Shown here piece after piece: positions 1 to 12,721 of a DNA stretch of 64,000 nt (position 1 is the first letter of the stretch; each line of letters opens with the position of its first letter). The notes under the pieces are model-generated. The model had not been told where the DNA came from, did no database searches, and saw only the letters and a program-made list of their open reading frames with translations. The position numbers and the translations under genes are program-made. The stretch lies in assembly GCA_951406725.2 (NCBI GenBank), contig OX597817.1:171430001-171494000 (forward strand), given 5' to 3'. This DNA is from Octopus vulgaris. Its lineage: Eukaryota.

Positions 1-42
1 CAGACAAACGTGGACATTTTAGTCATGGGCTGAACAGACTTG
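1..42 (+). CDS. Ldh_2-family oxidoreductase, first visible exon (5' partial; runs off the window)
   Basis: From nt 3 reads DKRGHFSHGLNRL, the Ldh_2 N-terminal RGhxSHG motif; ends phase 1 at donor G|GTGAGT (43-48). Confidence 0.92.
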
Positions 43-278
43 GTGAGTTTATTTCTTGGTGTCTTCTTTTCTTCTTTTATAATTTCATTTCTAGTTCGTC
101 CACGATTATTGTTAAACGAATCACACCAATCGGTAATTGTTACGATCGAGAGGCATTCCTATACAATAGAGTCGGAAATTACCTACTGCGTAAAATACTG
201 TAGTTTCTTCGAATGCATATCTTGAAAATCTTTTCAGATGTTATAGACATATGAAACTATGATTCTTTAAAAATATGC

Positions 279-535
279 GGTACTATTTAAGAAGAGTGGT
301 CCCGGTGCGCGCACTCGCGCATCCGCACTAGCTAGTCGTGACTAGTCGATCCTAAAACGATTACCTAGCAAAGTAAATAAAACACAAAATAAATAATTTT
401 TTTACACAAAGTAAATAAATATTTTAAAACAAAGTAAATAAAACACAAAGTAAGGATCAACTAGTCACGACTAGCTGGCGCAGACGCGCGATTACGCGAG
501 TGCGCGCACTGGGACCACTCTTTTTAAATAGTACC
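279..535. mobile_element. MITE with long TIRs and 9-bp TSD (Mutator/Merlin-like)
   Basis: TIR GGTACTATTTAAgAAGAGTGGTCCC.../...GGGACCACTCTTtTTAAATAGTACC, with further internal inverted symmetry; flanks aaaatatgc / aaattatgc (1 mismatch). Confidence 0.8.
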
Positions 536-947
536 AAATTATGCGTAGCATAAATCTACTGAAAACCTGCAAAAGGATGGAGCAGTCCACGCTTTACCTT
601 TTTTTATGGTAGATTTGTGGTGTACGAATATGAAATTACTATTTTTGATGCCCGCGATCATTGTTGACTTTAATCCTGTCGAAACGAAGTCGCTTCTACG
701 GAGTTGTTCAGCGATCGAATCACGCACAACTCACCGTCGTAAATACGCACAGGACAGATTACATAATGCAGTTCTACATATCCCTCAATAAAAGAAATGG
801 TCACTACTGGAACATCTATAGTAGTAGGACTGCTCGCTGTCATATTGTTGTATGTATTATGAATGTAATTGCTTCATGTTATGATATTATACACTCACAA
901 ACTTGGTACTGATTAAGAATTTTGTACGAATAGCTACCGTAAGCATA

Positions 948-1301
948 AGGGCTGAAATTTAGTGCGGAGGAGACAAGTCGATCACTACTACTAAATTTAT
1001 CGACTCCGAAAAGATGAAAGGCAAAAGTCGACCTCGGCGGAATTTGAACTCACAACGTAACGACGGGCGAAGTACCAGTAAGCATTTCGGCCGGCGTGCT
1101 AGCGATTCTGCCAGCTTGCCGCCCTACAAAGTGAACGCATAATATAATACCTATTTCTTTATTACCCACAAGGGGCTGAACATAGAGGGGACAAACATGG
1201 ACAGACATAGGTATTAAGTCGATTATATCGACCCCAGTGCTTAACTGGTACTTAATTTATCGACCCCGAAAGGATGAAAGGCAAAGTCGACCTCGGCGGA
1301 A
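948..1301 (-). mobile_element. tRNA-derived SINE family B, two adjacent partial copies (948-1124, 1148-1301)
   Basis: Reverse complement of GGCGGCxAGCTGGCAGAATCG...GTTCAAATTCCGCCGAGGTCGACTTTGCCTTTCATC; the same family recurs many times in the window. Confidence 0.8.
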
Positions 1302-1903
1302 TATGCGCCTCGATTTTGAAGCCAAATTGTCTGAGTAGATGGGGAAAATAACTTATGTCATACCATGTATTATGTCACAATTTTAATCTTGATAGTGGCG
1401 AAAGAAGGACGTGTTCTTTGTGGGAGTTTTACGGTATATCTTGCATGACATGCAACCTGGGGAATTTTGTGGAAAGGGAAACGAGTGAGTGAATGGACAT
1501 TTAAATTCGTTGCAAGGACAGCAACGTGGATACCAAGGGAAATTACTCTACAGCTCTCTCTCTCTCTCCTCTCCTCTCTCTCTCCTCTCTCTCTCTCTTC
1601 TCTCCTCTCTCTCTCTCTCCAGGATATGTCTTTGGAAGTGTTTGTTGCGTAAAGTTGCCCAGAGTTACCTGACTTGAAAAGTATTTCAAACGACGAGCCA
1701 CAGAGGGAGCATCTGTGTAGCCGTATTATTTACAACACTCCCCTCTCCACCCCAACTTTCAGATTAAAGCCAACTGTAGGAAAACTCGGTTAACGAATTC
1801 GCTAAACAGTCTGAGACTCAACAACAACGTTAAACAGATGCCACATTATATTTTTAATTGCGACATTCAGTGACTCCAAATCGACCATATATTTATATAA
1901 AGA

Positions 1904-2419
1904 CTAGCAGTATCGCCCGGCGTTGCTCGGGTTTGTAAGGGAAATAACTATATAAGCATTTTTAGAGACTTACTTCCCTTACAGATGCTAATTCGGGCTT
2001 TCTTAGCCATTTCTGTTTTGGTGTCTTCAAGCCATGAAGTCGTTGTTCTAAAAGAACCCTGGTCTCCTTGACAACGCTTTACGACGTTGATTTCTTTATA
2101 CTCCCTTCCCCACAGCTTCACGAGGGAGGGAAGAAGGGGAGAAGCAAACACAGGTGCAGGTGCTTGAGCGTGGACGCCAACTCCGCCGCCATCGACACAC
2201 GAAAAAATATGCATTAAAATGGAATAAAAAATGATGTTAAATTATTTTTAAAATCATAGACTCATCGTAGACGCGCGCTAATAGCCAGACGGGCTCGATA
2301 TTAATCACGACTATAAGATACCCGAATTTGGTTAAACTGCACCGCAAAGTGTGGGAGTAGTTAGGAATCTAAATCGAAGGGGACAGACACTCACACAACA
2401 ACAGTTTTATATATATAGA
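1904..2419 (-). mobile_element. Non-autonomous Helitron
   Basis: Minus strand: A|TCTATATATATAAAACTG...CCCGAGCAACGCCGGGCGATACTGCTAG|T. Shows 5' TC, subterminal hairpin, 3' CTAG, A|T target and no TSD. Confidence 0.8.
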
Positions 2420-2481
2420 TATTTCTTTAATAGTCCTATTATTTAAGGCAATTATTACGTCTTCGCCTGACACCAGTTGCT

Positions 2482-2527
2482 CAGTTCGCTTTACGCCAGT
2501 TCGCTTTACGCCCAGTTCGCTTTACGC
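2482..2527 (+). repeat. 3x ~15-bp tandem repeat CAGTTCGCTTTACGC
   Basis: Directly visible. Confidence 0.85.
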
Positions 2528-2557
2528 TCACTTTGAATAAAAGAAGTATTAGGAAAT

Positions 2558-2827
2558 TACGGAGATGCGAATGACCTGATCTGAGACCGTGTGCTGGAAT
2601 GAAAACAATTGCAGCGTGGAAGGTGCCTATAATCCATTTAAGAAACACAAAAACCGTTAGATTCACTTCAACTTTTAAATTTAATTTGCCAAAATATTTG
2701 AGACCACGACCTGTTCACTGACAAAATTCCGACGAAAATATTTTGGCAAATTAAATTTAAATGTTGAAGTGAATCTAACGGTTTTTGTGTGTTTCTTAAA
2801 TGGCTTATAAACACCTTCCACGCTGCA
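2558..2827. mobile_element. Foldback insertion with ~90-bp inverted arms, flanked by 11-bp direct repeats
   Basis: Arms ~2610-2699 and ~2735-2827 are near-perfect reverse complements; TATTAGGAAAT at 2547-2557 and 2828-2838. Confidence 0.7.
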
Positions 2828-2959
2828 TATTAGGAAATGCTTTGAAAATAAGAAAGACCAGGGACGAAGACACTTAACCATGTTTCCCACCAAATTTTTT
2901 AAAAACATGAATATTTAAAGCTATATATTTTTTAACCACACACACACACGATATTTGTA

Positions 2960-3172
2960 GGTTAATCTCTAGTTTAAAACCCGATCACAAAAATGAAAAA
3001 AAAATAGTGTAATAGGTGTTAAATAATGGGTAAACTTTTACCAAATTATGTGTAGTCAACGAAAATTGCGTGCTAAAGAACGGGCCTTTTTTTCCCCATA
3101 TTCTTTAACTACACATTATTTAACACCTATTACACTATTTTTTATTTCATTTTTGTAACCGAGAGATTAACC
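2960..3172. mobile_element. MITE-like inverted repeat element
   Basis: GGTTAATCTC...CAAAAATGAAA..AAATAGTGTAATAGGTGTTAAATAATG is mirrored by CATTATTTAACACCTATTACACTATTT...TTCATTTTTG...GAGATTAACC. Confidence 0.65.
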
Positions 3173-3792
3173 AGTTTTTATTTGGACGGTAAAGAGAGCA
3201 ATACAAAATCACTCTAGTTCACTATATTTTTCTTTGAATCCTTTCATAAAGACCTCGTCTAGTTTTGTCACAATTACCGAATAAGTTTAGAAAACTAATC
3301 AGTTACCACCTTTGTGGATAAAAAGGAATTGTTTACTGTAGCAAGAATATTCAGTAAACGCCGATATCACAGGTCACTAGAATATTGCCCACATAATCAA
3401 CAAAACCTGACCAATCATGATTTTGTGTTGAATAGGCTACCACAATGATTTTTTTATTTTGGCGCGCTTTCTTCTGAGCCTATTGACTAGTATAAATTCA
3501 GTACATTGTGACTACTGGACTGAGAGCTTTGGGCTGTGATAGAGAGAGCATTGACAGACATACACACACAGCTGACAGCACCAAGGCAGTGAACAGTCAG
3601 TGGATGAACAACACTAGAAATCAACAGCACGCAAGCACTAACCACACTTTATCTGCCAGAACTACATCAAACACAAAAAGTCTCTCAATGTTTTGTCATT
3701 CATAGTAACAACAACTATCATATGTACACAATAAATTGTTGTTTATCAAAATCTCAACAGACTCCAGTGTTCCTTTCCATACATTACTTTAA

Positions 3793-4011
3793 CCCTTTAA
3801 CGTTCAGATTATTCTATCAAACATAATGCCTATTGATTCCCATTGATTTGAATTAATCATGCATTATCTCATATCTTCAAGATCTTGATGGTGTAATTAT
3901 TTAATGTAGAATAACATTGTAGGGTAGGTGTGAGAGCCTGGATCTGGTCAGTTTGAACATAAAACAGATTAGCTATTTGGGCCGGATATGGCCGGTTTAA
4001 ATACTAAAGGG
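3793..4011. mobile_element. piggyBac-like MITE
   Basis: TTAA|CCCTTTA...TAAAGGG|TTAA; a second copy lies in opposite orientation at 31057-31272. Confidence 0.75.
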
Positions 4012-4149
4012 TTAAAAGTCCATCATTTCAAAAACGTTGGTAAGAGTTGAAAAAAAGAAAGAATAGAAACATTTTACAGAATTAGAAGAGATTGTCACAG
4101 CTATGCTATGTTATTTGCATTATAAATTTCTCATTCATGGGAAGTGTGA

Positions 4150-4410
4150 GACAGTATGGTGAACAAACTGTTGTCTAAATTATGCAAAGACGAAAATAAC
4201 ACTGACATCTCATTTTGACAGATCTATTTACCAGCATTACATAAAAAATATCTTGAAATACTAAAGAGTAAATGTATTCAATAAAATCCCCATTGGCTTC
4301 AACCATAGCCTCCAGACAACTTTGGAATCTCCTGCAACTCTTCTGGATGGTCTCCTTGTTTAAGTTGGTGAATACTGCCATAATCCTTGCCTTCAGTTTA
4401 TCTTTGATTT
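4150..4410 (-). mobile_element. Tc1/mariner transposase 3' fragment
   Basis: MAVFTNLNKETIQKSCRRFQSCLEAMVEANGDFIE; the same element as 7327-8190. Confidence 0.75.
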
Positions 4411-5231
4411 TTACTTGAGTACAAATATGATAGAGATAACTCGTGATACATGCTTAGGAATGGCTCACTGGCACAGTACATTTCATATCATCAGCATCAT
4501 CATCATTTAACACCCATTTTCCATGCTGGTGTGGGTTGGATGGTTTGAACAAAGCTGGTAAGCTGGAGGGCTGCACTAAGCTTCAGTTGTCTGTTTTGGC
4601 ATAATTTCTATGGCTAGATGCACTTACTAACCCAACCACTCCACAGAGTGTACTAGGTGCTTTTTACATGGTACCCTTTTCTTGTGGTGCCAGCTCAAGT
4701 GCTCTTTTATGTGGTGCTGGCATGTGTGCTATTTTACAAGGTACCAGCATTGGTGCTTTTTACATGGCACCAGGACATAAATTTATGTGTGTATAAGCTC
4801 AGGGATGGCTTTGTAGTAAGAAGTTTCCTTCTCAACCATATGGTTCTAGGTTCAGTCCCATGCGTGATATCTTGAGCAGATGTCGTTTACTATAGACCTG
4901 GGATGACCAAAGCCTTGTGAATGGACTTGGTAGATGACAACTGAAAGAAACCAGTGGTATGTGTAAATATATATTTTTATATATATTTGTGTTTGTGTTT
5001 GTCCCCCATTACTGCTTGACAACTGGTGTTTGTTTACTTTACAGTGACTTAACAGTTCTGCAAGAAAGACTGATAGAATAAGTACCAGTCTTAAAATGGA
5101 GAGCAAGAAAAAAAGACTACTGGGGTTCATTTGTTCAATTAAAACATTTAAAAGCAGTACCTTGATGTGACTGCAATCCAATGATTAAAACCAGTAAAAG
5201 ATAAAAAGGTATACATATATATATAATATAC

Positions 5232-5450
5232 ATGAGGGAGTACTGAAAAGTTCCTGGCTTTAAGAATATTGTGAAAGGCCTGGGTGAAGGCCCAACCTTC
5301 TGAGTTCTATTACAGGGCTTAGAAGAACTGAAGGATGACTGCAATAAGTGTGTGAATCTGAGAAGGGTATATATTGAATAAAATCATAATTAACTGATCC
5401 TCCTGTATTTTCATTTACCCAAAGCGTGGAACTTTTCAGCACGCACCCTA
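5232..5450. mobile_element. mariner-derived MITE
   Basis: TIRs ..GAGGGAGTACTGAAAAGTTCC / GGAACTTTTCAGCAC.., in TA context. Confidence 0.6.
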
Positions 5451-5984
5451 TATGTATATACAAAACTAGAGTACAGTTCACATAACAGCCACAGTCAGGA
5501 ATATTTAATGTAATTTGTGTATCATATGATCACTGTATGGTGAATATTCTAGTTTTGTAAAAAATGTGATTCAAAGCTATAAAAAACTTTGTGATGTTAG
5601 ATTTAGTTGCTAGACTGGTTAGGGTGAGCTGCTAGATGAAAACTTTTCTAAACGTTTGATGGGAACAGCCATAAACACTCACCCATGGTTGCAATATTAC
5701 CAGGTTCCATAATTTAGTTCAACTTCAGCAACAAAAGACATTCTCAGTTACATAATGCTGTGTATCCAGCAACATTATAAAGAAGGTGTAAAAAAAAAAA
5801 GAGCAACCAGGTTGGTAGCTGTTGATAGGTCAAATAACAATGGGAATTGTTAAAAACCACTTCATGAACAATGAGAAGAATAAATATTTGCAACAAAAAT
5901 TCAATTGAAAAAATGTTTATGAAATATAATATTTGTTTAAAAACTTTATCCTTTTAATACTTTCCTGTCAGTAGCAAAGTGTTC

Positions 5985-6520
5985 ATCATCATCATCATCA
6001 TCATCATCGTTTAACGTCCGTTCTCCATGCTAGCATGGGTTGGACGGTTCGACCGGGGATCTGGGAAGCCAGAAGGCTGCACCAGGCTCCAGTCTTATCC
6101 GGCAATGTTTCTACAGCTGGATGCCCTTCCTAACGCCAACCACTCCGTGAGTGTAGTGGGTGCTTTTTACGTGCCACCTGCACAGGTGCCAGGCGAGGCT
6201 GGCAATGGCCACGGTCGGATTGGTGTATTTTACGTGCCACCGGCACGGAAGCCAGTCGAGGCGGCGCTGGCATCGGCCACGAGTCGGATAGTGCTTTTTA
6301 CGTACCACCAGGCCAGGGATCCTGGCTGGTTCAATTCGATTTCGATTTCGCTTGCCCCAACATGTCTTCGCAAGCAAAGGGGGTTGGCATGGGTGCCTGT
6401 CGTCGGATGAGGTTCTATATCGACTTCGCTTGCCTCAACAGGTCTTTGTGTCCAAGGGAGGAAAGGCATGCATAAGTAGGCTGGGCTCACTTGTCCTGCC
6501 TGGTCTTCTCACGTACAGCA
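5985..6520 (-). mobile_element. Repeat family C (retroposon with RTE-like 3' end and (GAT)n tail)
   Basis: Minus strand ends ...CATGGAgAaCGGACGTTAAACGATGATGATG. Near-identical to 20621-21085; other copies at ~4490, 10990-11297(+), 15950, 18818-19232, 19925-20185(+), 24120, 35187-35400 and 59405-59657(+). Confidence 0.8.
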
Positions 6521-6957
6521 TATTTATATTTAAAAAAATAGGAAAATCTCATGCTAACATAAGTGATATATTGAGACATCAGTTAATCAACACAAGCATA
6601 GCTGTCTTCATCGTTGTTGTTATTATAGTTATCATCATCATCATCATCAACACCATCGTCATGTCCACTTTCCTGTGCTCAGACAGGTTCAGTGAAATTT
6701 GTCAAGTTGGATGTTCTACAGCCAGATACCCTACCTGTAATCAACCCTCACCTGTTTCGAGTAAAAAGTAATATTCTCTGATGACCAGACATGTTTTCAT
6801 GTAAGATTAGAAATGAAGGATTATTTGCATGAGAGGGATTCTCATGATCACATGATGTGTATCAAGGCAAAGAGAGTAACAAGCACACACACACACACAC
6901 ACACACACCACCTGTTCTGGCATTGTGATTATATATATATATGTGTGTGTGTGTGTA

Positions 6958-7290
6958 GGTGCATGGCTCAGTGGTTAGAGTGTTGAGCTTACGATCGTGA
7001 AGTTGTCAGTTCGATTCCTGGACCGGGCTGCGTGTTGTGTTCTTGAGCAAGACACTCTATTTTACGTTGTTCCGGTTAACTTAGCTGTAGAAATGAGTTA
7101 CGACATCACAGGTGCCAAGCTGTATCGGCCCCTTTGCCTTTCACTTGGATAACATCAGTGGTGCAGAGAGGGGAGGCCGGTATGCATGGGCGACTGCTGG
7201 CCATCCACAAACAACCTTGCCCGGACTTATGCCTGGGAGGGTAACTTTCTAGGTGCAATCCCATGATCATTCATGACCAAAGGGGGTCTC
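6958..7290 (+). mobile_element. tRNA-derived SINE family D
   Basis: A box TGGCTCAGTGGT, B box GTTCGATTCC, then TTGAGCAAGACACT; second copy at ~26880-27185. Confidence 0.75.
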
Positions 7291-7326
7291 CATATATATA
7301 CATGTATATATATTTACATATACACA

Positions 7327-8190
7327 CAGGATGGGGTGAATAAACTATCGTCTAAATTATGCAAAGAAGCAAATAACACTTACATCTCATTTTAACAGAT
7401 ATATTTACCAAAATTACATAAAAATATCTCTAAGTACTAAAAAGTAAATTTATTCAATAAAATCGCCATTGGCTTCAACCACAGCCTCCAAACAACTTTG
7501 GAATCTCCTGCAGCTCTTCTCGACAGTCTCTTGGTGAATGCTGCCATAATCTTTGCCTTCAGTTCATCTTTGGTGTTACAAAGAGTTTTGTTGGTCTCTC
7601 GCTCAACTGCGTTCCACATATAATAATCAAAGGGATTGCAGTTTGGGGAGTTAGGTGGCCAGATGTTAGGGGTGATGTGGTCGCAGAAATTGTCTGACAG
7701 CCATGACTGGGTTCTCTCGCTTCTGTCGCAGGGTGCAGAATCCTTTTGTCAGACCTAGGGGCTTCCATCAGCCACCCTCTTGAGCCTGGGCAGCACTACC
7801 TCTTTCAGGCACTTAAAGTAGGCCTCTGTGTTAAGTGTGAGGCCGTGTGGGAAGATCAATGGAGGCAAAACCTCACAATCACTAGTGATCACTCCAAACA
7901 CAATGATGTTGACTGGATGTTTGAATTTTATCACTCTTGGTACATGTCTTCAGAGCAACACACTGATACTCTGAAGTGGTCATATTGGAGCTTCTGGCAT
8001 GAATACCAAGCAGTACAGCATGTCGTTTCCAAATTTCTGTCATAGTGTATTGTACTATGGAGCTGTTTTTCTCACAGACGGTGCCCAACTGACCCTACTA
8101 TACTGTGTAGTCAACAAAATCAAAAACAAACTATGTGCATGCGCAAAATAAAAAAATATAAAATGGAAACAACTTACCCATCACACCCTG
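7327..8190 (-). mobile_element. Degenerate Tc1/mariner (maT/DD37D-like) DNA transposon
   Basis: Imperfect TIRs CAGG...TAA / TTA...CCCTG|TA; minus-strand remnant WPPNSPNCNPFDYYMWNAVERETNKTLCNTKDELKAKIMAAF, with frameshifts. Confidence 0.8.
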
Positions 8191-8239
<49 letters not shown>

Positions 8240-8737
8240 GGCTGCTTGCAGTTTATGTCAACTTTATCCTCCACTCAGAAAGCTTTGATTGGCTCGGGGC
8301 TATAGTAGAAGACATTTTCCTGAGGCATCATGCAGTGATACTGACCCTAGAACCATGTGGTTGGGAAGCAAACTTCTTACCACATGACTATGCTTGTACT
8401 AATATATATATAGGGAGAGTTTACGAAAAAACAAAAGACGAAGACAGGTGGTGTAGAAAACAAACAGAGGTATTAGTATAATGCTCAGGAATAGAAAAAG
8501 TCTTTTATGTTTCGAGCCTACACTCTTCTACAGAAAGGGACAGAAAAAACAAGGAGAGAAAAAAATGTGTATAGTGGCTAATACATATACACACACATAT
8601 ATATAAATACAGAGAGAGAGAGAGAGAGCAATATATGAAGTTGCTGAAATTTTACTATAGAATGTTGATAATTTTGACAATGAATTCTAAGACATGTTTA
8701 GTCACGAAATGACCTAAATCCATGATGTTTTGAAAGT

Positions 8738-9283
8738 ATGAGGGTCACCTGAAAAGTTCATAAGCTGACCATGATACTCTCATGGAATGTCACCAAATTA
8801 GGTTTGCTTTTCAACATAGCCTCCTCTGCAGTCCACACACTTCTCCCATTAGTGTTGTAGTGCTTGGTACCCATTGGTAAGTACCTTTTGTCCTGTTGGC
8901 CAAAAAATTTGCTAACAACAGATATGACATCATCATCACTGCGATACTGGTTCATAAACAAGTGTTGTTTTTTTGGGGGGTTTTTTTCAGTGTTTAGAAA
9001 TAAAAAGAGAAATAGCATTTACAAAACAGCTACAAGGGCAGTCTGAAAAGCTCATAGGTTGATTACGTGCTTTCAATGACTGCTGCGCATGACTGGGATT
9101 TGAACAGTTGATCGTTAGATGGGACCAAATCAGGAGGGTAGGGAGTGGGGCGTTCAACAAGTTCAAATCAATGTCATGCACAGCAGTCATTGAAAGCAAG
9201 GACTTGTGTGCTGGATCACATAATCAACCTATGAACTTTTCAGCCTGCCCTTGTAGTTGTTTTGTAAATGGTATCTCTTTTTA
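8738..9283. mobile_element. mariner fragment (8738-8950) plus mariner-TIR inverted-repeat element (~9001-9283)
   Basis: TACAAGGGCAGTCTGAAAAGCTCATAGGTTGATTA is mirrored by TAATCAACCTATGAACTTTTCAGCCTGCCCTTGTA; transposase C-terminal remnant on the minus strand. Confidence 0.65.
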
Positions 9284-9444
9284 ATTCAAGGTGGTGTGAC
9301 GAAAGATTTCAGACAAAGGACACTAAAATAAGTACAATAATAAAACTGAAGTGATGACCAAGTGCATGGTGTGTGTGGTTAATTGGTAAAAATATGACCA
9401 TCCCCAAATATAACAATAACTTTGTCATTTTTAAGCTGGTATAA

Positions 9445-9880
9445 GGTGGAGAGCTGGCAGAATTGTTAGCATATTGGGCGAAACACTTGGTAGTATTTTG
9501 TCTGTCTTCATATTCTGATTTCAAATTCCGCCAAGGTCAACTTTGCCTTTTATCCTTTTGGGATCAATAAATTAAGTACCAGTTATGCACTGGGTTGATG
9601 TAATCGACTTATCCCCTTCTCCCAAATTTCAGGCCTTGTGCCTATAGTAGAAAGGATTATTAAGCTGATATGGCTGTGAGCTGGCAAATACATTTGCACA
9701 CCAGGCGAAATGCTTAGCGGTTTTTCATCTGTCTTTACATTCTGAGTTCAAATCCCACCAAGGTTGACTTTGCCTTTCATACTTAAATAAAGTACCAGTT
9801 GTGTATAGGGGTTGATCTAATTGACTGGCTTCCTCCCCCAAAATTCCAGACCTTGTGCCTTGAGTAAAAAAGATTATTAA
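9445..9880 (+). mobile_element. Two tandem SINE family B copies
   Basis: GAGCTGGCAGAA...TTCAAATTCC..GGTCAACTTTGCC present twice; CpG-decayed. Confidence 0.75.
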
Positions 9881-10281
9881 TCTGGTATTTAAAAATTAGA
9901 TTAACAGGAAATTTTGATGGAGGTATTTAATTTCAATCACTTCATAGCAAGAAGTCTCTAAGATAGAACAGTTTCAGACAGGTTGGTATCAAATGGATTA
10001 AGAGAACAATACGATGACTTCAGAATAGTTTAAAAACTGGACAAATTTGTATGGAATCCAGTATTTTAATATAAAAATAACTGCAACAGTTTAGGTTTAA
10101 GATATTCCAAGAAGTGCAATCTGAAATACTGGAACTAGGAATTTAGATACGGCTGTGTGGTAAGATATTTGCTTCCCAACCACATGGTTCTAGGTTCAGT
10201 GCCTTTGCATGGTACCTTGGGATAGTGTCTTCCACTATAGCCTCAGGCTGTTGAGTGTGGGATAATGTCTTTTTGCCTTGG

Positions 10282-10491
10282 TACTCTTTTACTTGTTTCA
10301 GTCATTTGACTGTGGCCATGCTGGAGCACTGCCTTTAGTCAAGCAAATCAACCCCAGGACTTATTTTTTTGTAAGCCTAGTACTTATTCTATCGGTCTCT
10401 TTTGCTGAACCGCTAAGTTACAGGGACGTAAACACACCACCATCGGTTGTCAAGCGATGTTGCGGGGACAAACACAGACACACAAACATAT

Positions 10492-10558
<67 letters not shown>

Positions 10559-10720
10559 TAAGACGGGCTTCTTTCAGTTTCCATCTACCAAATCCACTCA
10601 CAAGGCTTTGGTCGATCCGAGGCTATAGTAGAAGACACTTGCCCAAGGTGCCACGCAGTGGGACTGAACCCAGAACCATGTGGTTGGTAAGCAAGCTACT
10701 TACCTCACAGCCACTCCTGC
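10282..10720 (-). mobile_element. tRNA-derived SINE family A (internal TA/CA microsatellite)
   Basis: Reverse complement of GCAGGAGTGGCTGTG..GTAAG...GGTTCAGTCCCACTGCGTGGCACCTTGGGCAAG...(AAGAGTA)n. Confidence 0.85.
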
Positions 10721-11499
10721 ATCTTTGTATGATAGTAGTAAATGAGCATCATCTTCATGATGCAAGCATTGTCCCTTGTTTCTAATCTTCCATGAAAGCA
10801 AGTCTGATCTTGGGGAAATATCACCTTATTTGGGAACAGATAAGGGTTAGTAGCAAGAAGGGCATTTGGCTATTGGAAAGCTACCTCAACAAATTCTGTC
10901 CAAACCATGCACACATGGAAAAGTGGATGCTAAAACACTAATGACAACAATGATGATGATGCTGATGCTGTTAAATTAATGTTAATGAAACCGTTGCCAG
11001 CGCCGCTTTGGCTGGCTTCCGTGCCGGTGGCACATTAAAAGCTCCAACCAATCATGGCCGATGCCAGCCCCGTCTGGCACCTGTGCAGGTGGCACATAAA
11101 AAGCACCCACTACACTCGCAGAGTTTCATTTACAATTTCAGGTTCTGCCGAGTGGTTGGCATTAGGAAGGGCATCCAGCTGTAGAAACACTGCCAGATCA
11201 GACTGGAGCCTGGTGCAGCCCCTGGCTTCCCAGACCCCGGTCGAACCGTCCAACTCGTGCTAGCAAGGAAAGCGGACGTTAAACGATGATGATGATGAAA
11301 CTAACGATACATGCATAGTTCCTTTTATTTATTTTTGAAGTTTGTTAAAATACTAAAGATAAATCATGTTCTATTTCTTTCTTTAAATTTGTTTTGTAAA
11401 CAAGCAAAATCTGGCTGACCTAGATATGTTCAAGGTCATTCAGTTGATATAAATCAGTTGATTACTGAAATCTTTGTTAAAATTCAGTATTAAACCTAT

Positions 11500-11923
11500 T
11501 GTCATTGTTATTATTATTTTATGTTTGACTTTTGCTTTACATTTGTACAAGTTGGCTCCAAGTCTCACCCAGAGACCTCAAGAGACAACAAGTTGGAAGT
11601 TCATGTTGGTGTTATGCCTAGGGTGCCATATATTTGGTTTTGTACATAGTATTGTTCTAGAGAATGTTTAAGAAACCATAAGAAAATTATGTTTGTTTTA
11701 AAACTTGGGATTACATAGTCAGTATTTTGCGTAGGATATGAGCAGTTCCCATGAGCACTATCTTTTGAATTTCTGCCATTTTGGGGTTTCCTGGTATCTG
11801 AGCTAGGTAGCAATCAGCCACTTTTGCTATCATTCCCAGGGCACCTATGACAACAGGTATTGTTTTAGTCTTCAGGTTCCACATTTTGCTAATTTCTATT
11901 TCAAGATCTTTATATTTGCTCAG
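11500..11923 (-). mobile_element. R4/Dong-like non-LTR retrotransposon 3' end
   Basis: Minus frame 11923-11711: SKYKDLEIEISKMWNLKTKTIPVVIGALGMI...EIQKIVLMGTAHILRKILTM*, the C-terminus of a restriction-like endonuclease; (TAA)n-like tail near 11500. Confidence 0.75.
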
Positions 11924-12076
11924 TGATAAAAATTTAAAATTATAGAAATTCAGATCTAAAATATAAACGAGAGCAACCAGTGTCCATGCATTGATGGAAT
12001 GACATCATCAGTCTTCAAGTTTCAATTTTATAACTGGCAAAAAAAAAAAAGACAGAAAAAAGTGAAAAAAAAATAA

Positions 12077-12449
12077 GGCGCAGGAGTGGCTGTTTGGTAA
12101 GTAGCTTGCTAACCAGCCACATGGTTCTGGGTTCAGTCCCACTGCGTGGCATCTTGGGCAAGTGTCTTCTGCTATAGCCCCGGGCCGACCAATGCCTTGT
12201 GAGTGGATTTGGTAGACGGAAACTGAAAGAAGCCTGTTGTATATATGTCTATATATGTATATGTGTGTGTGTTTGTGTGTCTGTGTTGTCCCCCTAGCAT
12301 TGCTTGACAACCGATGCTGGTGTGTTTACGTCCCCGTCACTTAGCGGTTCGGCAAAAAGAGACCGATAGAATAAGTACTAAAGGCGGTGCTCCAGCATGG
12401 CCGCAGTCAAAAGACTGAAACAGGTAAAAGAGTAAAAAGAGAGAGTAAA
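12077..12449 (+). mobile_element. SINE family A
   Basis: GGCGCAGGAGTGGCTG head through AAAAGAGTA tail. Confidence 0.85.
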
Positions 12450-12681
12450 GCAAACAAAAAAGAAGAATACTTAATCAAACAGTTTTGTGTAAATTTGATG
12501 AAATTCTCCTGTCATTTTATTCATTCCTCCAGGGCATAATGTTAATGACCCACAAACATATTTCTCCTCATGCATTTTGAGTATTGAAAGTGTATCAGAT
12601 TCAGAATTTTTTTTTCTGAGAATTGCACTTTCAAGTCTTTTTCAAAATTGCAGCTGTATGGACTTGCATATGAAATGGACA

Positions 12682-12721
<40 letters not shown>

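Noticed and set aside
6027-6490. 127-aa ORF repeated at 20658-21041
   Set aside because: Both lie in copies of repeat family C; the apparent conservation only reflects recent transposition.
6958-7030. tRNA-like A/B boxes here and at other SINE heads
   Set aside because: They continue into SINE bodies and I could not fold a complete cloverleaf; not tRNA genes.
8499-8535. Hammerhead-like GAAGAG..GCTCGAAAC on the minus strand
   Set aside because: The core CUGANGA is not intact and there is no convincing stem I; at best a dead Penelope-like remnant.
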